DNA from: a virus
DNA length: 64,000 nucleotides
Virus record (IMG/VR): IMGVR_UViG_3300020442_000006
Location: 123,494 to 187,493 of that record
Direction: 5' to 3' (one strand)
The notes under the pieces were generated by a model. The model saw nothing but the letters and a program-made list of their open reading frames with translations. It ran no database searches and was not told the origin of the DNA. The translations under genes were made by a program, and so were the position numbers. The first letter of the stretch is position 1. Each line of letters starts with the position of its first letter. Of the stretch, positions 53,000 to 62,755 are shown piece by piece.

Positions 53000-55780
53000 T
53001 CAGGAAGTAACTTCAGCGAAACTAGAACCAGTTCTAGTTGCAGTGAATGTAAGAGTGATGTAGTTGATAGAACGTGTAGGTTTCACGAAGATCTCCGCGA
53101 AGAACTCTCCTCTATCAATCGCCTCAGGTGGGTTGTTGCTGCTGTCGCAGACAACCAAGAAATCGATAATGCCACGACGTGACTGAACCGAACGGAGGAA
53201 CGGTTCCACGATGTTCTTGAAGGAAGCGCGAGTAAACTCGTCGTTCAATTCGAACAGTTGAGTCTTTGCTGCTTCTGAGATTGCATCTTCAAGTACCAAG
53301 AACAAGCGACGAACGTTAATTCTGTCGAATGCTGATTGATATGAAAGTGCAGTCTTGTCTCCGAAGAGGACAATACCTTGTCCAGGGAATGCAACCACAG
53401 GGTTGACACGAGCAGCGTACAGTCTGTCTCTATGATCCTTCAGAGGTGAGTAAGCAAGTTTGATTGCGTTTCTCAACTGTCCTCTGTTGAATCCTGCAGG
53501 AGAGAACCACGCTTCTGAATTCAGAGTTGCGCTAAGTGTTAGACCTGCAAGGTCAGCGTTACAAGGAAGGTAACGATACTTATCGTTGTACTTGTCGTAG
53601 ATGTACTTGTAGTTGTTATCAAAGACAGCGTATGATGTGCTAGACAGTTTATTGAAGTAATCAATAGTTCTGTTAACAATCACGTTGGTATCGCTAAGAC
53701 CAATCACGTCATTACGTGGAGGTGAAACGAATGCCAAGCAATCCTTACGGGTTGCAGCGATGTCAATGATCTTTTGTGCTTTAGCGATTGTGTCGCTAGT
53801 GTCTGCCATCGAAGGACCCATCAAGATGTAATCAATATCAATGGTTTCCTTGTCAGCGATGAGGTCGTATGAACCGAGGATCTCAGATCTTGAAAGTGTG
53901 TAACCATCAGTACCGCCTTGGAGGTGGTATCTAACAGTAGAACCTTTTGAAGTTCCGATGATCTCGCGACCGAGTGCAGTTTCGGTAGTCTTGATTGCAG
54001 CAGTCTGCTTGATCAAGTCAAAGTGTCTTGAAACTCCAGATGCACCGAAGTCACCGTTAGCACCAGTATCAACATCAAAGATGCTTCCAGTCTCGTGTGC
54101 ACCCCAGTAGATATATTGTGAGATGTTCTTAATAACGTCTCTGTAGAAGATGGTCTCGCCTTGAACGCCTTTAGCATCCATTGACTTAGACACGAAGAGG
54201 AACTTCTCAAGAACCGCACCAGGTGTACCAGTGAGTTTGCCATCTCCATCAAGGACGAGGATGTGCATTTGGTCCTTAGAACCACCACGGTCTTCAACCC
54301 AAGGTGATGTGCCAGGTCTAGGAGCAACGTTTGCCCACTTCTGATTGCCGCCGAAATATCTTTCGTCGTATTCTGATCTTACAGAAGCAACGTTCACGTT
54401 AGGTGAACCTGAAGCGTTGTCGTCTGAGATAGTGTAGTTTGCTTCGAATCTTTCTTGTGATGCGTTAGTGATTGTAAGAAGTTGTCTTTCAACTGCTTCA
54501 ACCTTACCCTTGTCACCAGTTCTAGATCCACCAGTCTCTGCACTCCAGAGAGCGATTACATCGCCAACCTCAAGAACATCAGATGAGAGTGAGTAGTTAA
54601 CATCAATCTCGATCTTTCTTGTAAGAGGATCGTATGCAACCACTTGACCTTGAACAGGAATACTTACAGGGGAAGAAGCGTCTGTTTCTCCTCTCCAGTA
54701 TTGTCCGCTTTCAAAGTCTCCTGCGATGGATGCGGAATCCATTGTGACCACGATTCTATAACCGAAGATCTTACCGCCTGCGTTAGCACCGCTATAAGTT
54801 ACGTCAGTTGTAGTTTCGAATTCCCACTCAGCAGTGGTAGGTTGTGAAAGTGAAAGGATCTGGTCAGCACCCGCGTCGGTCATTACGATGCGGAGGGAGT
54901 TACCATAAAGACCAGGGTGTCTAGCAGCAAACTTCCAAGAGTTAGAAGCGCCTTCAACGTTGCCTTCATACTCTTCGAGATTTCTAACAAGAGGAGCACT
55001 AACACCAGTTGATGTTTGTTCGTTGATTGTTGTCTTACCTGCAGTAACAACCAAACGCTTAATGGACTGACCATCAGTCTGTGCAGCAGCAGTTGTTTCC
55101 AACTGACCACGCTCAACAGTCAGATCATTACCTGCAATAGCAGTCACCTTAAGAATCTCGTCAGAGATCAAGATGTGATCGTTTAGTGCGACAGCAAGAG
55201 AAGCAACAGAAGTAACCGTCAGTGTTGTACCACCTGCAGCAAGCGTACCTCCTTGGTTCATCGTTGTGCTATTACCTGAGTCTTCGATCAGAGTAATAGA
55301 TGCACCTGCTGCGTGTGAAGTTGCTGCAGTTGCAAGTTGACCACGTTGAACAGTAAGGTCGTTACCTGAGACGTTAGTCACTCTAAGAATTTCAGCGTCG
55401 ATCAGAATCAAATCGCTTGTGGCGAAGTCTGTCGCTGCTGTAACTGTAAGAGTTGTGTCTGCACCAGAGAAAGTAGTGACAACAGTCTGTGCTGTGTCAA
55501 TAGCGTTCTTAAGTGAAGAACTGTTTGTACGGATAACTTTTAGTGTACCACCGTACAACAGGAATTGTGCTGCTGAATACCAGTATTCGTAGTTGTAATC
55601 GTTAGGGCGACCGAAGACAGCAAGAAGTTCTTTCTCGCTAGTTACGTCTACAATCTTATTAACGGGACCCTTTTCAAAGGAACCGACTATCACTGCAACA
55701 TTATCTAGAGTCGCGTTAGCAACCGTAGTCAGATCCTTTTCAAGAACAACGACCCCTGGTGAAAGTTGGGTAGATGCCAT
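53000..55780 (-). CDS. g18: Tail sheath protein (gp18), enlarged to 926 aa
   Basis: SPGV...E.D.T, F.KGPV, WFSPAG..RG, L....VNP, GDKT, FDRINVRRLF, KPTRSINYI.L.F.A. Confidence 0.97.
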   Translation of the reverse strand: MASTQLSPGVVVLEKDLTTVANATLDNVAVIVGSFEKGPVNKIVDVTSEKELLAVFGRPNDYNYEYWYSAAQFLLYGGTLKVIRTNSSSLKNAIDTAQTVVTTFSGADTTLTVTAATDFATSDLILIDAEILRVTNVSGNDLTVQRGQLATAATSHAAGASITLIEDSGNSTTMNQGGTLAAGGTTLTVTSVASLAVALNDHILISDEILKVTAIAGNDLTVERGQLETTAAAQTDGQSIKRLVVTAGKTTINEQTSTGVSAPLVRNLEEYEGNVEGASNSWKFAARHPGLYGNSLRIVMTDAGADQILSLSQPTTAEWEFETTTDVTYSGANAGGKIFGYRIVVTMDSASIAGDFESGQYWRGETDASSPVSIPVQGQVVAYDPLTRKIEIDVNYSLSSDVLEVGDVIALWSAETGGSRTGDKGKVEAVERQLLTITNASQERFEANYTISDDNASGSPNVNVASVRSEYDERYFGGNQKWANVAPRPGTSPWVEDRGGSKDQMHILVLDGDGKLTGTPGAVLEKFLFVSKSMDAKGVQGETIFYRDVIKNISQYIYWGAHETGSIFDVDTGANGDFGASGVSRHFDLIKQTAAIKTTETALGREIIGTSKGSTVRYHLQGGTDGYTLSRSEILGSYDLIADKETIDIDYILMGPSMADTSDTIAKAQKIIDIAATRKDCLAFVSPPRNDVIGLSDTNVIVNRTIDYFNKLSSTSYAVFDNNYKYIYDKYNDKYRYLPCNADLAGLTLSATLNSEAWFSPAGFNRGQLRNAIKLAYSPLKDHRDRLYAARVNPVVAFPGQGIVLFGDKTALSYQSAFDRINVRRLFLVLEDAISEAAKTQLFELNDEFTRASFKNIVEPFLRSVQSRRGIIDFLVVCDSSNNPPEAIDRGEFFAEIFVKPTRSINYITLTFTATRTGSSFAEVTS

Positions 55781-55864
55781 TGGTTAGCTCCTTGAAAATC
55801 TCAATCTATTGCTGAAATTATTTAGGAAAAGGTATTGTTCAAGCGGGGAAACGGAACGTGAACA

Positions 55865-56098
55865 TTACCAATCAGGATATGAAGATTCCTTTCGTGGTTT
55901 GGGTTTTTGCTTTCTTGTCTTACTCACTCTTTTCTTCGTACAGTATTTGCACTCATATGAATATGCAGAGGGATTTTGTCCTCTGTCTTTACGTGTCTTA
56001 TAAAAATTATCAGTGAGTGATAGAGTTCTCAAACATTTCCTACACTGTCTATCTACGAATAGGAATGCCTCTAGACTCAGTTCATCTTCAAGACTCAT
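55865..56098 (-). CDS. Small Zn-ribbon protein
   Basis: CRKC...FY...YSYECKYC (HNH-associated-type zinc finger). Confidence 0.7.
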   Translation of the reverse strand: MSLEDELSLEAFLFVDRQCRKCLRTLSLTDNFYKTRKDRGQNPSAYSYECKYCTKKRVSKTRKQKPKPRKESSYPDW

Positions 56099-56273
56099 CT
56101 GCTCGTTCCAGTTCTTCTATTGCATTGACTGGTACCTCGTGTCCACCGACACTATACCAATGCTCTCCTTCCCTAACACCTAAGTATGCTAGATCGCTGA
56201 AGGTATTTTCTCTGAGCATTGCTTGGAGGCGATAATGAATCAAATCACTCTTCTTCACTTTTCCTCGCTGCAT
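56088..56273 (-). CDS. Small conserved hypothetical protein
   Basis: DLIHYRLQAMLREN.F.DL.YLG; the start may be GTG at about 56258. Confidence 0.65.
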   Translation of the reverse strand: MQRGKVKKSDLIHYRLQAMLRENTFSDLAYLGVREGEHWYSVGGHEVPVNAIEELERADES

Positions 56274-56358
56274 AACCCATTACGAATCCAAACGAAAACA
56301 ACACTAATATGAATAGTGTCGTTGCCATCGACCCTAACAGTGTTTCTACTTCAATCAT
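56245..56358 (-). CDS. 37-aa membrane peptide
   Basis: Translated by hand: MIEVETLLGSMATTLFILVLFSFGFVMGYAARKSEEE; ATGA overlap with the g17 stop. Confidence 0.5.
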   Translation of the reverse strand: MIEVETLLGSMATTLFILVLFSFGFVMGYAARKSEEE

Positions 56359-58001
56359 CGATACTCCCACATATAAGAGCGATCACCATATTCATCGGTA
56401 TGCCAGACCTGTCCTTCTGGATCTACGATGACATCATCATTGAGTCCATCATCCATAAATCCGAACGGTGCCATATCCGCTTCAATCGCTTCGCGTTGTT
56501 CTTGATACATTCTAGCACGAATATCGTTATCGTGGAGTTCCTTAAAATAATCCTGAACTGCCAACCACGAGAACATAACCAGACACATAGCAAGGTCATC
56601 GTGGCAACCTTCTTCTGCCTGCCAGGACTGACCCTTCTGAATGAATGTAGTTAGTTCTGCAATGATGTCATAGTCAGTCAACAATAGTTTGTCATCTTCA
56701 ATCAGTGCTTTCATATTGGAGCAACCAACCTTCTTAACTGCGGTTGACATCTTGACACCAAGTTGTACCTTACCACCAGAGAATCCTTGACCAACAACCT
56801 GTCCTGCTCTACCACGCATTGCTGCCATCAGTAGATTGTCATACTCAAGATCATACTGTATAATATCTGCAACCTGACCACCGATGTCATTTACTTCTAC
56901 AAGAATGTATGCGTGGTTATATGCTCTTCCAACCTGACAAATAATATCGGGGAACAGTAATGGTTTTATTTCGTTATTTCTATACTTCGCTACTAATTTA
57001 TATGGTACTGTTGTCGTATCAAATACAGTAAACGCTGAGTAGTCTCCATCAATACCTCTTGCTACGTCCACTGTCATAGTATAATTATGTCCTTCTTCTG
57101 GTTTCTGAAATACATCGAGACCATTCTGTCTTTCAATAGGATCTTCGTAGGTCATCACTCTCAACTTACTTGGAGAGATCAAAGTATCAACAGAGCCCAG
57201 GAACTCACATTCGAACTCAACACGGAATTGTTGTTCACTTGTGTTACGGATAGTCTGTGCTTTCCATTCAGCATCTCTTCCTGGAACCTCAGACCAATGT
57301 ACCTCTGTTGGGATATATTCATTCGTACCACGCTCTGCATCGTGCCAGAGTTTGTAGTACATATTCATCCCGTGTGGAGTAGAGATGATAATAACTTTGG
57401 TAGACTTACCAGATGAGATAGTAGGATAAACAGAACTAAAAAACTGATCTGCAATGTTGTTCGGAACGAACGCGAATTCGTCCAGAAATATGACGTTAAA
57501 AGACATACCCCTGACAGCACTAGCACTAGTAGATGCAGCAAGGAGTTTACTTCCGTTCTCCAGTTCCACTGACCCTTTGTTCCAGCCAATAATACCTTGC
57601 TGCATCCATTTAGGAAGGTTCTCGTAACTGAGTTGTAAACGTCCCAACATCTCTCGGGCAGTCGCTGCTTTGTTTGCGAGGATTGCGACATTGACGTTAT
57701 CGTTAAAGATTACATACCATAGAAGATATGCAGTAACAACGGTTGACTTTCCAGACTGTCTTGGTAGTTTTGCAATATTAAATCTATTCTCGTGAAACCT
57801 GTTGACCATCGTTTCCTGAAAGTCATACAAGTTAAATGGAATGACACCCTCATCCAAAGACACGATCTTAATGTACTTCTTGATAAAGTAAATAGGATCC
57901 TCCGCACACTTGATAAACTCTTTAACCTGTTTAGGTGTGAAGTTAGTATGTACGTTTGCCTTTTTTAGATTGGGATTGCCTAGATACGCATCAAGACTCA
58001 T
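56355..58001 (-). CDS. g17: Terminase large subunit (gp17)
   Basis: YLGNPNLK, PRQSGKS, AILANK, LDEFAF, STPHG, TVDVARG, HDDL.M. Confidence 0.99.
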   Translation of the reverse strand: MSLDAYLGNPNLKKANVHTNFTPKQVKEFIKCAEDPIYFIKKYIKIVSLDEGVIPFNLYDFQETMVNRFHENRFNIAKLPRQSGKSTVVTAYLLWYVIFNDNVNVAILANKAATAREMLGRLQLSYENLPKWMQQGIIGWNKGSVELENGSKLLAASTSASAVRGMSFNVIFLDEFAFVPNNIADQFFSSVYPTISSGKSTKVIIISTPHGMNMYYKLWHDAERGTNEYIPTEVHWSEVPGRDAEWKAQTIRNTSEQQFRVEFECEFLGSVDTLISPSKLRVMTYEDPIERQNGLDVFQKPEEGHNYTMTVDVARGIDGDYSAFTVFDTTTVPYKLVAKYRNNEIKPLLFPDIICQVGRAYNHAYILVEVNDIGGQVADIIQYDLEYDNLLMAAMRGRAGQVVGQGFSGGKVQLGVKMSTAVKKVGCSNMKALIEDDKLLLTDYDIIAELTTFIQKGQSWQAEEGCHDDLAMCLVMFSWLAVQDYFKELHDNDIRARMYQEQREAIEADMAPFGFMDDGLNDDVIVDPEGQVWHTDEYGDRSYMWEYR

Positions 58002-58266
58002 CTGCTTCTTTCCGTTTCAAACTATCTATACGTTCTCTTAATTCTTGATACCCTTCATACTCCTCGTTACTAACCTCGATCTCCCTGAATCTTACAGACA
58101 TTAGTTTCTCTCCACCCTTGAGTTCATCTATCTCAGGGTGTCCTGTCTTAGGTCTTTTTGAGTAACCGCCAAACTCTTTGATTATAAGCAATGCTTGCAG
58201 TGCTAAAGAGACAGCGATTCCCAGTAGAATAAACCAGAATTCTACTGGGAGTGGATATGGTTCCAT
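57991..58266 (-). CDS. Small membrane protein (DUF2973-like)
   Basis: N-terminal TM segment, then HPEI..L..GEKLMSVRF. Confidence 0.6.
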   Translation of the reverse strand: MEPYPLPVEFWFILLGIAVSLALQALLIIKEFGGYSKRPKTGHPEIDELKGGEKLMSVRFREIEVSNEEYEGYQELRERIDSLKRKEADES

Positions 58267-58470
58267 TTATTTTTCGATGTATTTTTCTAGTACCTCTAGT
58301 TGATCGTGGAAGTGTGAGATCTGATCCAACTCACTTTCAATCGCTGCCATAATATCAGGATGCTCTCCGATACCGACAGGATTGGCAAGATAAACCTCGA
58401 TGTTCATCTTATGCTTTTCAATATTACCCAAGGCGTGAAGTTTAACTGCCTCGATAAGTTCCTTTCTCAT
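58267..58470 (-). CDS. Conserved hypothetical protein
   Basis: HA.G.IEKH..N.EVYL.NPVGIGEH.DI. Confidence 0.75.
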   Translation of the reverse strand: MRKELIEAVKLHALGNIEKHKMNIEVYLANPVGIGEHPDIMAAIESELDQISHFHDQLEVLEKYIEK

Positions 58471-58928
58471 TCTACTAAAGTTCCATAAGATCTACGGATT
58501 TCTCTGAGTTCTTCGAAATCCTTTTGTTTTGTACCTCCGTCATATGCCCAAGCATATCCTTCAGTAATCATTTGCTCATTAAGGGACACATCTGAATCCC
58601 CGATGTATAACCAACCGAGTAAGCGACCATACTTACCGACACCACCAACAAGTTCAGTCCGAATAGACAACTCATCATCACCAGAGAGAGTTGATTCCAA
58701 CTTTTCTTTGAGCCAGTTTGTTGCATCGATTCCAAGTTCTTTCTCTTCTAAATTACGAGTTCTCTTCTCAGGAGTGTCAACACCTGCGATTCTTACTCGC
58801 TCTTTTTTATATAGATCGAAACCAAGATCGATTGTTACATCAATCGTATCTCCGTCAAGAACTTTGTTTATCTCGGTCACTCGGAAGTTGTAACAACTCT
58901 TCCGACTCGGGGGGATCATTGCTCCCAT
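58467..58928 (-). CDS. Thermonuclease (SNase)-like protein
   Basis: VLDGDTID, RIAGVDTPE, GKYGRLLG, LNEQM..EGYA. Confidence 0.88.
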   Translation of the reverse strand: MGAMIPPSRKSCYNFRVTEINKVLDGDTIDVTIDLGFDLYKKERVRIAGVDTPEKRTRNLEEKELGIDATNWLKEKLESTLSGDDELSIRTELVGGVGKYGRLLGWLYIGDSDVSLNEQMITEGYAWAYDGGTKQKDFEELREIRRSYGTLVE

Positions 58929-59064
58929 CTTCCAGTTCCTTAAATGATTCTTTTAGTATATAGACGATATACCAAGTGACAATTATGAGGAGTATTAGAA
59001 GCATAATAATAACTCCCCACACAGGATCACCGTAGTCTTCGTGAGTCCTGAGAACTAGATTCAT
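58855..59064 (-). CDS. Small membrane protein
   Basis: DPVWGVIIMLLILLIIVTWYIVYIL; ATGA overlap with the zwf stop. Confidence 0.55.
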   Translation of the reverse strand: MNLVLRTHEDYGDPVWGVIIMLLILLIIVTWYIVYILKESFKELEDGSNDPPESEELLQLPSDRDKQSS

Positions 59065-60410
59065 TGTGGATAATCCCAGTTAGTAATAAACTCTGTCTTA
59101 TGCTGTGGACCCCAAGAACCCTGATGATAGATGTAAGGTGTAGTACGGATAGGACATTTGTCACCAGTACAAATCAAATCATCCACAATACGCCAAGACT
59201 CAATGATCTCCTCTGCGTGTACAAAGTGTGATTGATTGCCATTGATTGCTTCAAACAACAATCTCTCATATCCATCAATAGAGTTCTCTGTTGGATATGG
59301 ATGAGTCAGTGTAGCAGTCTCAACTCCTTCACCCAAACCTGGTGCTTTCATATCCATACGAATATCCAAGTGTGGTGTTGGTTGTAGTCTGATTACAATA
59401 CGATCATTAAATTTATGTCCTTCAAATAGAACCTGAGGTGGTTCCTTTAGTTTGATAACGATCTCTACACACTGATAAGGCATCTTCTTACCAGTCATAA
59501 AGTAAAAGGGTACGCCCTGCCATCTCCAGTTATCGATGTAAATATCACCAGAGGCAAACGTTGGAGTCTTAGTGTGTTGTGCAACACCCTCTTCTTCTTG
59601 GTATCCAATGTATTGACCAAGAACCAACTTCTTTCCAAGACGTGCAGCAGCAAGAACTTTTGTTTTCTCTCTACGAATCTCCTTAGAAGTCAAACGACAA
59701 GGAGGTTCCATTGCAATTAGAGCAAGTAACTGCATCATATGATTCTGCAGCATATCTCTAACAGCACCTGCTGTGTCATAATATTGTGCACGACCATCAC
59801 AACCGATAGTTTCAGTTGCAAAGATCTGTACCTCTTCTATGTAATTACGGTTCCAAAGTGGTTCCAGAAGTATATTGCTGAATCGAGTAGCAAGTATATT
59901 GTTAACAGTATCTTTCCCAAGATAATGATCAATGCGATAGACTTGCTTTTCGCGTAAACATCGCTCCACCACTGACTGTAGACGATCAGCAGATTTATAA
60001 TCGTGCCCAAAGGGTTTCTCGATAACCAATCTAGTTTGATCGGGGTCTTCAAGAAGACCAGAATCTTTGAGATTAACGATTGCACTAGCGTAACGCTCTG
60101 GTGGTACAGAAAGGAAGTACGTGTTATCATCTAGGTAACTTGGTAATTTTTGTAAAGAATCAACGTGCTCCAGATCACACGATTGGTAGTCCAACATCCT
60201 GCAGAACTCTTCTGGATATTCCATACCCAGACTTTCAATCCATTGTTGAGTTGTCCTTTCCCTTCGTGCTGCACCAGTGATAACAAAGTGATCTGGCAGC
60301 AATTCTTTTTCCCAAAGTTTGTAGAGTGCGGGAATTAATTTTTTCTTACAGAGGTCTCCAGTGGCACCAAAAATTACAATGCCTTTAGTGAGCGGTTCCG
60401 TTTCCTTCAT
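59061..60410 (-). CDS. zwf: Glucose-6-phosphate dehydrogenase
   Basis: IFGATGDL, RIDHYLGK, RDMLQNH, RWQGVPF, EKPFG; ATG at 60410. Confidence 0.98.
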   Translation of the reverse strand: MKETEPLTKGIVIFGATGDLCKKKLIPALYKLWEKELLPDHFVITGAARRERTTQQWIESLGMEYPEEFCRMLDYQSCDLEHVDSLQKLPSYLDDNTYFLSVPPERYASAIVNLKDSGLLEDPDQTRLVIEKPFGHDYKSADRLQSVVERCLREKQVYRIDHYLGKDTVNNILATRFSNILLEPLWNRNYIEEVQIFATETIGCDGRAQYYDTAGAVRDMLQNHMMQLLALIAMEPPCRLTSKEIRREKTKVLAAARLGKKLVLGQYIGYQEEEGVAQHTKTPTFASGDIYIDNWRWQGVPFYFMTGKKMPYQCVEIVIKLKEPPQVLFEGHKFNDRIVIRLQPTPHLDIRMDMKAPGLGEGVETATLTHPYPTENSIDGYERLLFEAINGNQSHFVHAEEIIESWRIVDDLICTGDKCPIRTTPYIYHQGSWGPQHKTEFITNWDYPQ

Positions 60411-60516
60411 AGTCTGATGATTCGTAGTACGATATTTCACCCTTAAATCTTGCAAATGCGAATGTGGCACATACAAAGGGTAATGATGTCCAAAGTAAGA
60501 CACTGTGTAATGTCAT
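60385..60516 (-). CDS. 43-aa membrane peptide between gnd and zwf
   Basis: Translated by hand: MTLHSVLLWTSLPFVCATFAFARFKGEISYYESSDYEGNGTAH. Confidence 0.6.
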   Translation of the reverse strand: MTLHSVLLWTSLPFVCATFAFARFKGEISYYESSDYEGNGTAH

Positions 60517-61535
60517 CTAACGTTGTGTCCTCCAAACATATATCTCATACCATTTAGGCATCTATTAGCAAAGTCATTTAACTTTCTTGACGAGAACCTT
60601 TCAAAGAGTGCTGTACTGATAGTAGGAGTGGGTACCCCCAAATCCACAGCAGCGTGAACAGTCCAACGCCCTTCACCAGAGTCTGATACTCCACCATCGA
60701 ATTTGCTAAGTTCGTGATCGCCGCGTAGTACATCAGCGGTAAGGTCAAGTAACCAAGAACCAACCACACTACCACGACGCCATAACTCAGCGACCTCAGC
60801 AACATCAATGTCATAGCAATAATCTTCTGGATGCTCCATAGGAGCGACCTCAGCATCACCTTCCTTGACATACTTAGTACCTGCATTTGCTTCGTGAAGA
60901 ATATTAAATCCTTCAGCGTATGCCTGCATCATTGCATACTCAACACCATTGTGAACCATCTTCACAAAGTGACCTGCGCCAGGAGGTCCACAATGTAACC
61001 AACCGAATTCTGGACTGGTTGCCTTAGACCATTTATCTGTTCTGGGCGCAGCGGACATTCCTGGTGAAAGAGCACGGAAAATGGGGGAGCACACAGATAC
61101 TGCTGTAGTTGAACCACCAACCATAAGACAGTATCCACGCTCCAAACCAAAGACACCGCCACTAGTACCACAGTCAATATATTGGATGCCCAAACGCTCC
61201 AAATATTCTGCCCTTTTCCGACTGTCCTTAAAATTACTATTGCCGTGATCAATAATAATATCTCCCTCACGACAAACCCGTAGTAACTCATTAATTGTTT
61301 CCTCAACGTTTTCAGCAGGGACTACCATCATAAAGATGCCAGGTTTTCCTCCTTGTTTTACTTGTGATGCAAGAGATTTAATATCGACACAGACACCATC
61401 CACGTATCCTTTTTCATACGCTTCTTGTGCCTTCTCATAGTTACGTCTGTAACCCCAAACCTCAATACCATCTTTCATCATACGACGAGACATACCCTCG
61501 CCCATACGACCCAAACCAATTAGACCTACTCTCAT
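60513..61535 (-). CDS. gnd: 6-phosphogluconate dehydrogenase (short form)
   Basis: GLIGLGRMG, IDHGNS, DCGTSGG, GHFVKMVHNGVEY, DSGEGRW, MRYMFGGH. Confidence 0.98.
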   Translation of the reverse strand: MRVGLIGLGRMGEGMSRRMMKDGIEVWGYRRNYEKAQEAYEKGYVDGVCVDIKSLASQVKQGGKPGIFMMVVPAENVEETINELLRVCREGDIIIDHGNSNFKDSRKRAEYLERLGIQYIDCGTSGGVFGLERGYCLMVGGSTTAVSVCSPIFRALSPGMSAAPRTDKWSKATSPEFGWLHCGPPGAGHFVKMVHNGVEYAMMQAYAEGFNILHEANAGTKYVKEGDAEVAPMEHPEDYCYDIDVAEVAELWRRGSVVGSWLLDLTADVLRGDHELSKFDGGVSDSGEGRWTVHAAVDLGVPTPTISTALFERFSSRKLNDFANRCLNGMRYMFGGHNVR

Positions 61536-62038
61536 TTGATCATCTCCATAGCTTTACGTAGTTCTTCAGCATGATTAATTTCATCCTCCATAATTTCATA
61601 GATTTTTTTATCGTCTTTATCTACATGTTGCAGATAATCGCTGTAAGTTTTTGCAGCGTGTTCCTCTACTTCTAAACTTAAATGATAAGCATATTTGGGA
61701 AAAATAAAATAGTAAATTACATTAACCCAATAGTAGATAAGTACGAGGTGTCTAGCAAAGAAGCGATCAATCCAATAATCATTACCACCCTTGCTTTCCA
61801 TATAAACAAGATGTTCTGTTTCATTTACAGATTGTCCAAAGTGTTCTTCCATTAAGTATAGATGATCAGGACCTCGTAATCCCATACTCTCTCTTAAATG
61901 TAAGACGCTTAAAAAAGCAAAATAAGGTGCCCGAGCTATTTCCTCAAGCACCCAGAATCTTTGATAGTGTCTTCCTTTGTAAAGGAAGTCAATGATTGCA
62001 ACAGTGATGTTTAAAACAACAGTGTTGATTGTTTTCAT
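61532..62038 (-). CDS. ptox: Plastoquinol terminal oxidase
   Basis: RFWVLEEIARAPYF, NETEHL, EEHA..TY, DE..H di-iron motifs. Confidence 0.95.
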   Translation of the reverse strand: MKTINTVVLNITVAIIDFLYKGRHYQRFWVLEEIARAPYFAFLSVLHLRESMGLRGPDHLYLMEEHFGQSVNETEHLVYMESKGGNDYWIDRFFARHLVLIYYWVNVIYYFIFPKYAYHLSLEVEEHAAKTYSDYLQHVDKDDKKIYEIMEDEINHAEELRKAMEMIK

Positions 62039-62358
62039 TTTACGTGTACTGTACCGATCATACCAGCACCTTTATGAGGACCACAGTAGAATGTGTAGTC
62101 TCCTGCTTCAGGAAACTCAACATCAAACTCTTCACCAGGCATCATAGCAAGTGCATCGTGTCCTAACTCATCATGATCTTCTACAAGAACATTATGAGGA
62201 GGTAGCATGTTGTTTACAAAGTGGATAGATTCACCTGCATTAATTGTAACTTCAGAAGGTTCAAAGACTAAACCTCCATCATATCCCATTTGAACATCCA
62301 CTGCCCATGCAGGTAAGGCAAGGAATAATGTAGCTAGAAATGCAAAAATAAATTTCAT
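62035..62358 (-). CDS. petE: Plastocyanin
   Basis: Signal peptide, LVFEP, PPHN, YCGPHKGAGM copper ligands. Confidence 0.96.
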   Translation of the reverse strand: MKFIFAFLATLFLALPAWAVDVQMGYDGGLVFEPSEVTINAGESIHFVNNMLPPHNVLVEDHDELGHDALAMMPGEEFDVEFPEAGDYTFYCGPHKGAGMIGTVHVK

Positions 62359-62525
62359 ACTCGTTTTCTTTTTCTTCTAGAAGAGATAAGGTAAATAATG
62401 CCAATAGTAACACCCACTGTCGTACCAAATGTAACTAACAATGTCGGGTCAAATACTATATCTGGTTGGGGTTCCCATGTGCCAGGTAATGTATACACCG
62501 ATGGGTGTGACGCAAATAAATTCAT
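62355..62525 (-). CDS. 56-aa membrane protein
   Basis: Translated by hand: MNLFASHPSVYTLPGTWEPQPDIVFDPTLLVTFGTTVGVTIGIIYLISSRRKRKRV. Confidence 0.6.
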   Translation of the reverse strand: MNLFASHPSVYTLPGTWEPQPDIVFDPTLLVTFGTTVGVTIGIIYLISSRRKRKRV

Positions 62526-62528
62526 AAC

Positions 62529-62675
62529 TTAATCCGTTGAATACTGATCTTGATAAACCTTGAGTTTATTGATCAAAGCTTCGTATTGTTCCCACATCCA
62601 TTCACTACCTGTCTGATCTTGGTAGACCCTACAGGCAGTAATACAACGTAGTATGTCGCTCTCATTTAGACGCAT
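62529..62675 (-). CDS. 48-aa hypothetical protein
   Basis: Translated by hand: MRLNESDILRCITACRVYQDQTGSEWMWEQYEALINKLKVYQDQYSTD. Confidence 0.65.
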   Translation of the reverse strand: MRLNESDILRCITACRVYQDQTGSEWMWEQYEALINKLKVYQDQYSTD

Positions 62676-62755
62676 ATCAATATCAAAACTCATATACTAA
62701 TTATACTTACTTTAGTATTCAATAAGTTATTTTTATAATGTTTTTATAAGTTATG

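Noticed and set aside
2585-58001. Introns or inteins in nrdA, nrdB, g41, g43, g20 and g17
   Set aside because: All are continuous ORFs of normal length with no visible intein splice motifs.
60411-60503. N-terminal extension of Zwf in the ORF track
   Set aside because: The Rossmann motif follows ATG 60410, and the interval is occupied by a 43-aa ORF in another frame.
62690-62755. AT-rich gap with short direct repeats (ATAACTTA x2, TTATAAAAA x2) as a Pho or NtcA box
   Set aside because: It has a -10 TATAAT, but I found no GTA-N8-TAC or clear 11-bp Pho-box periodicity, so it cannot be assigned.
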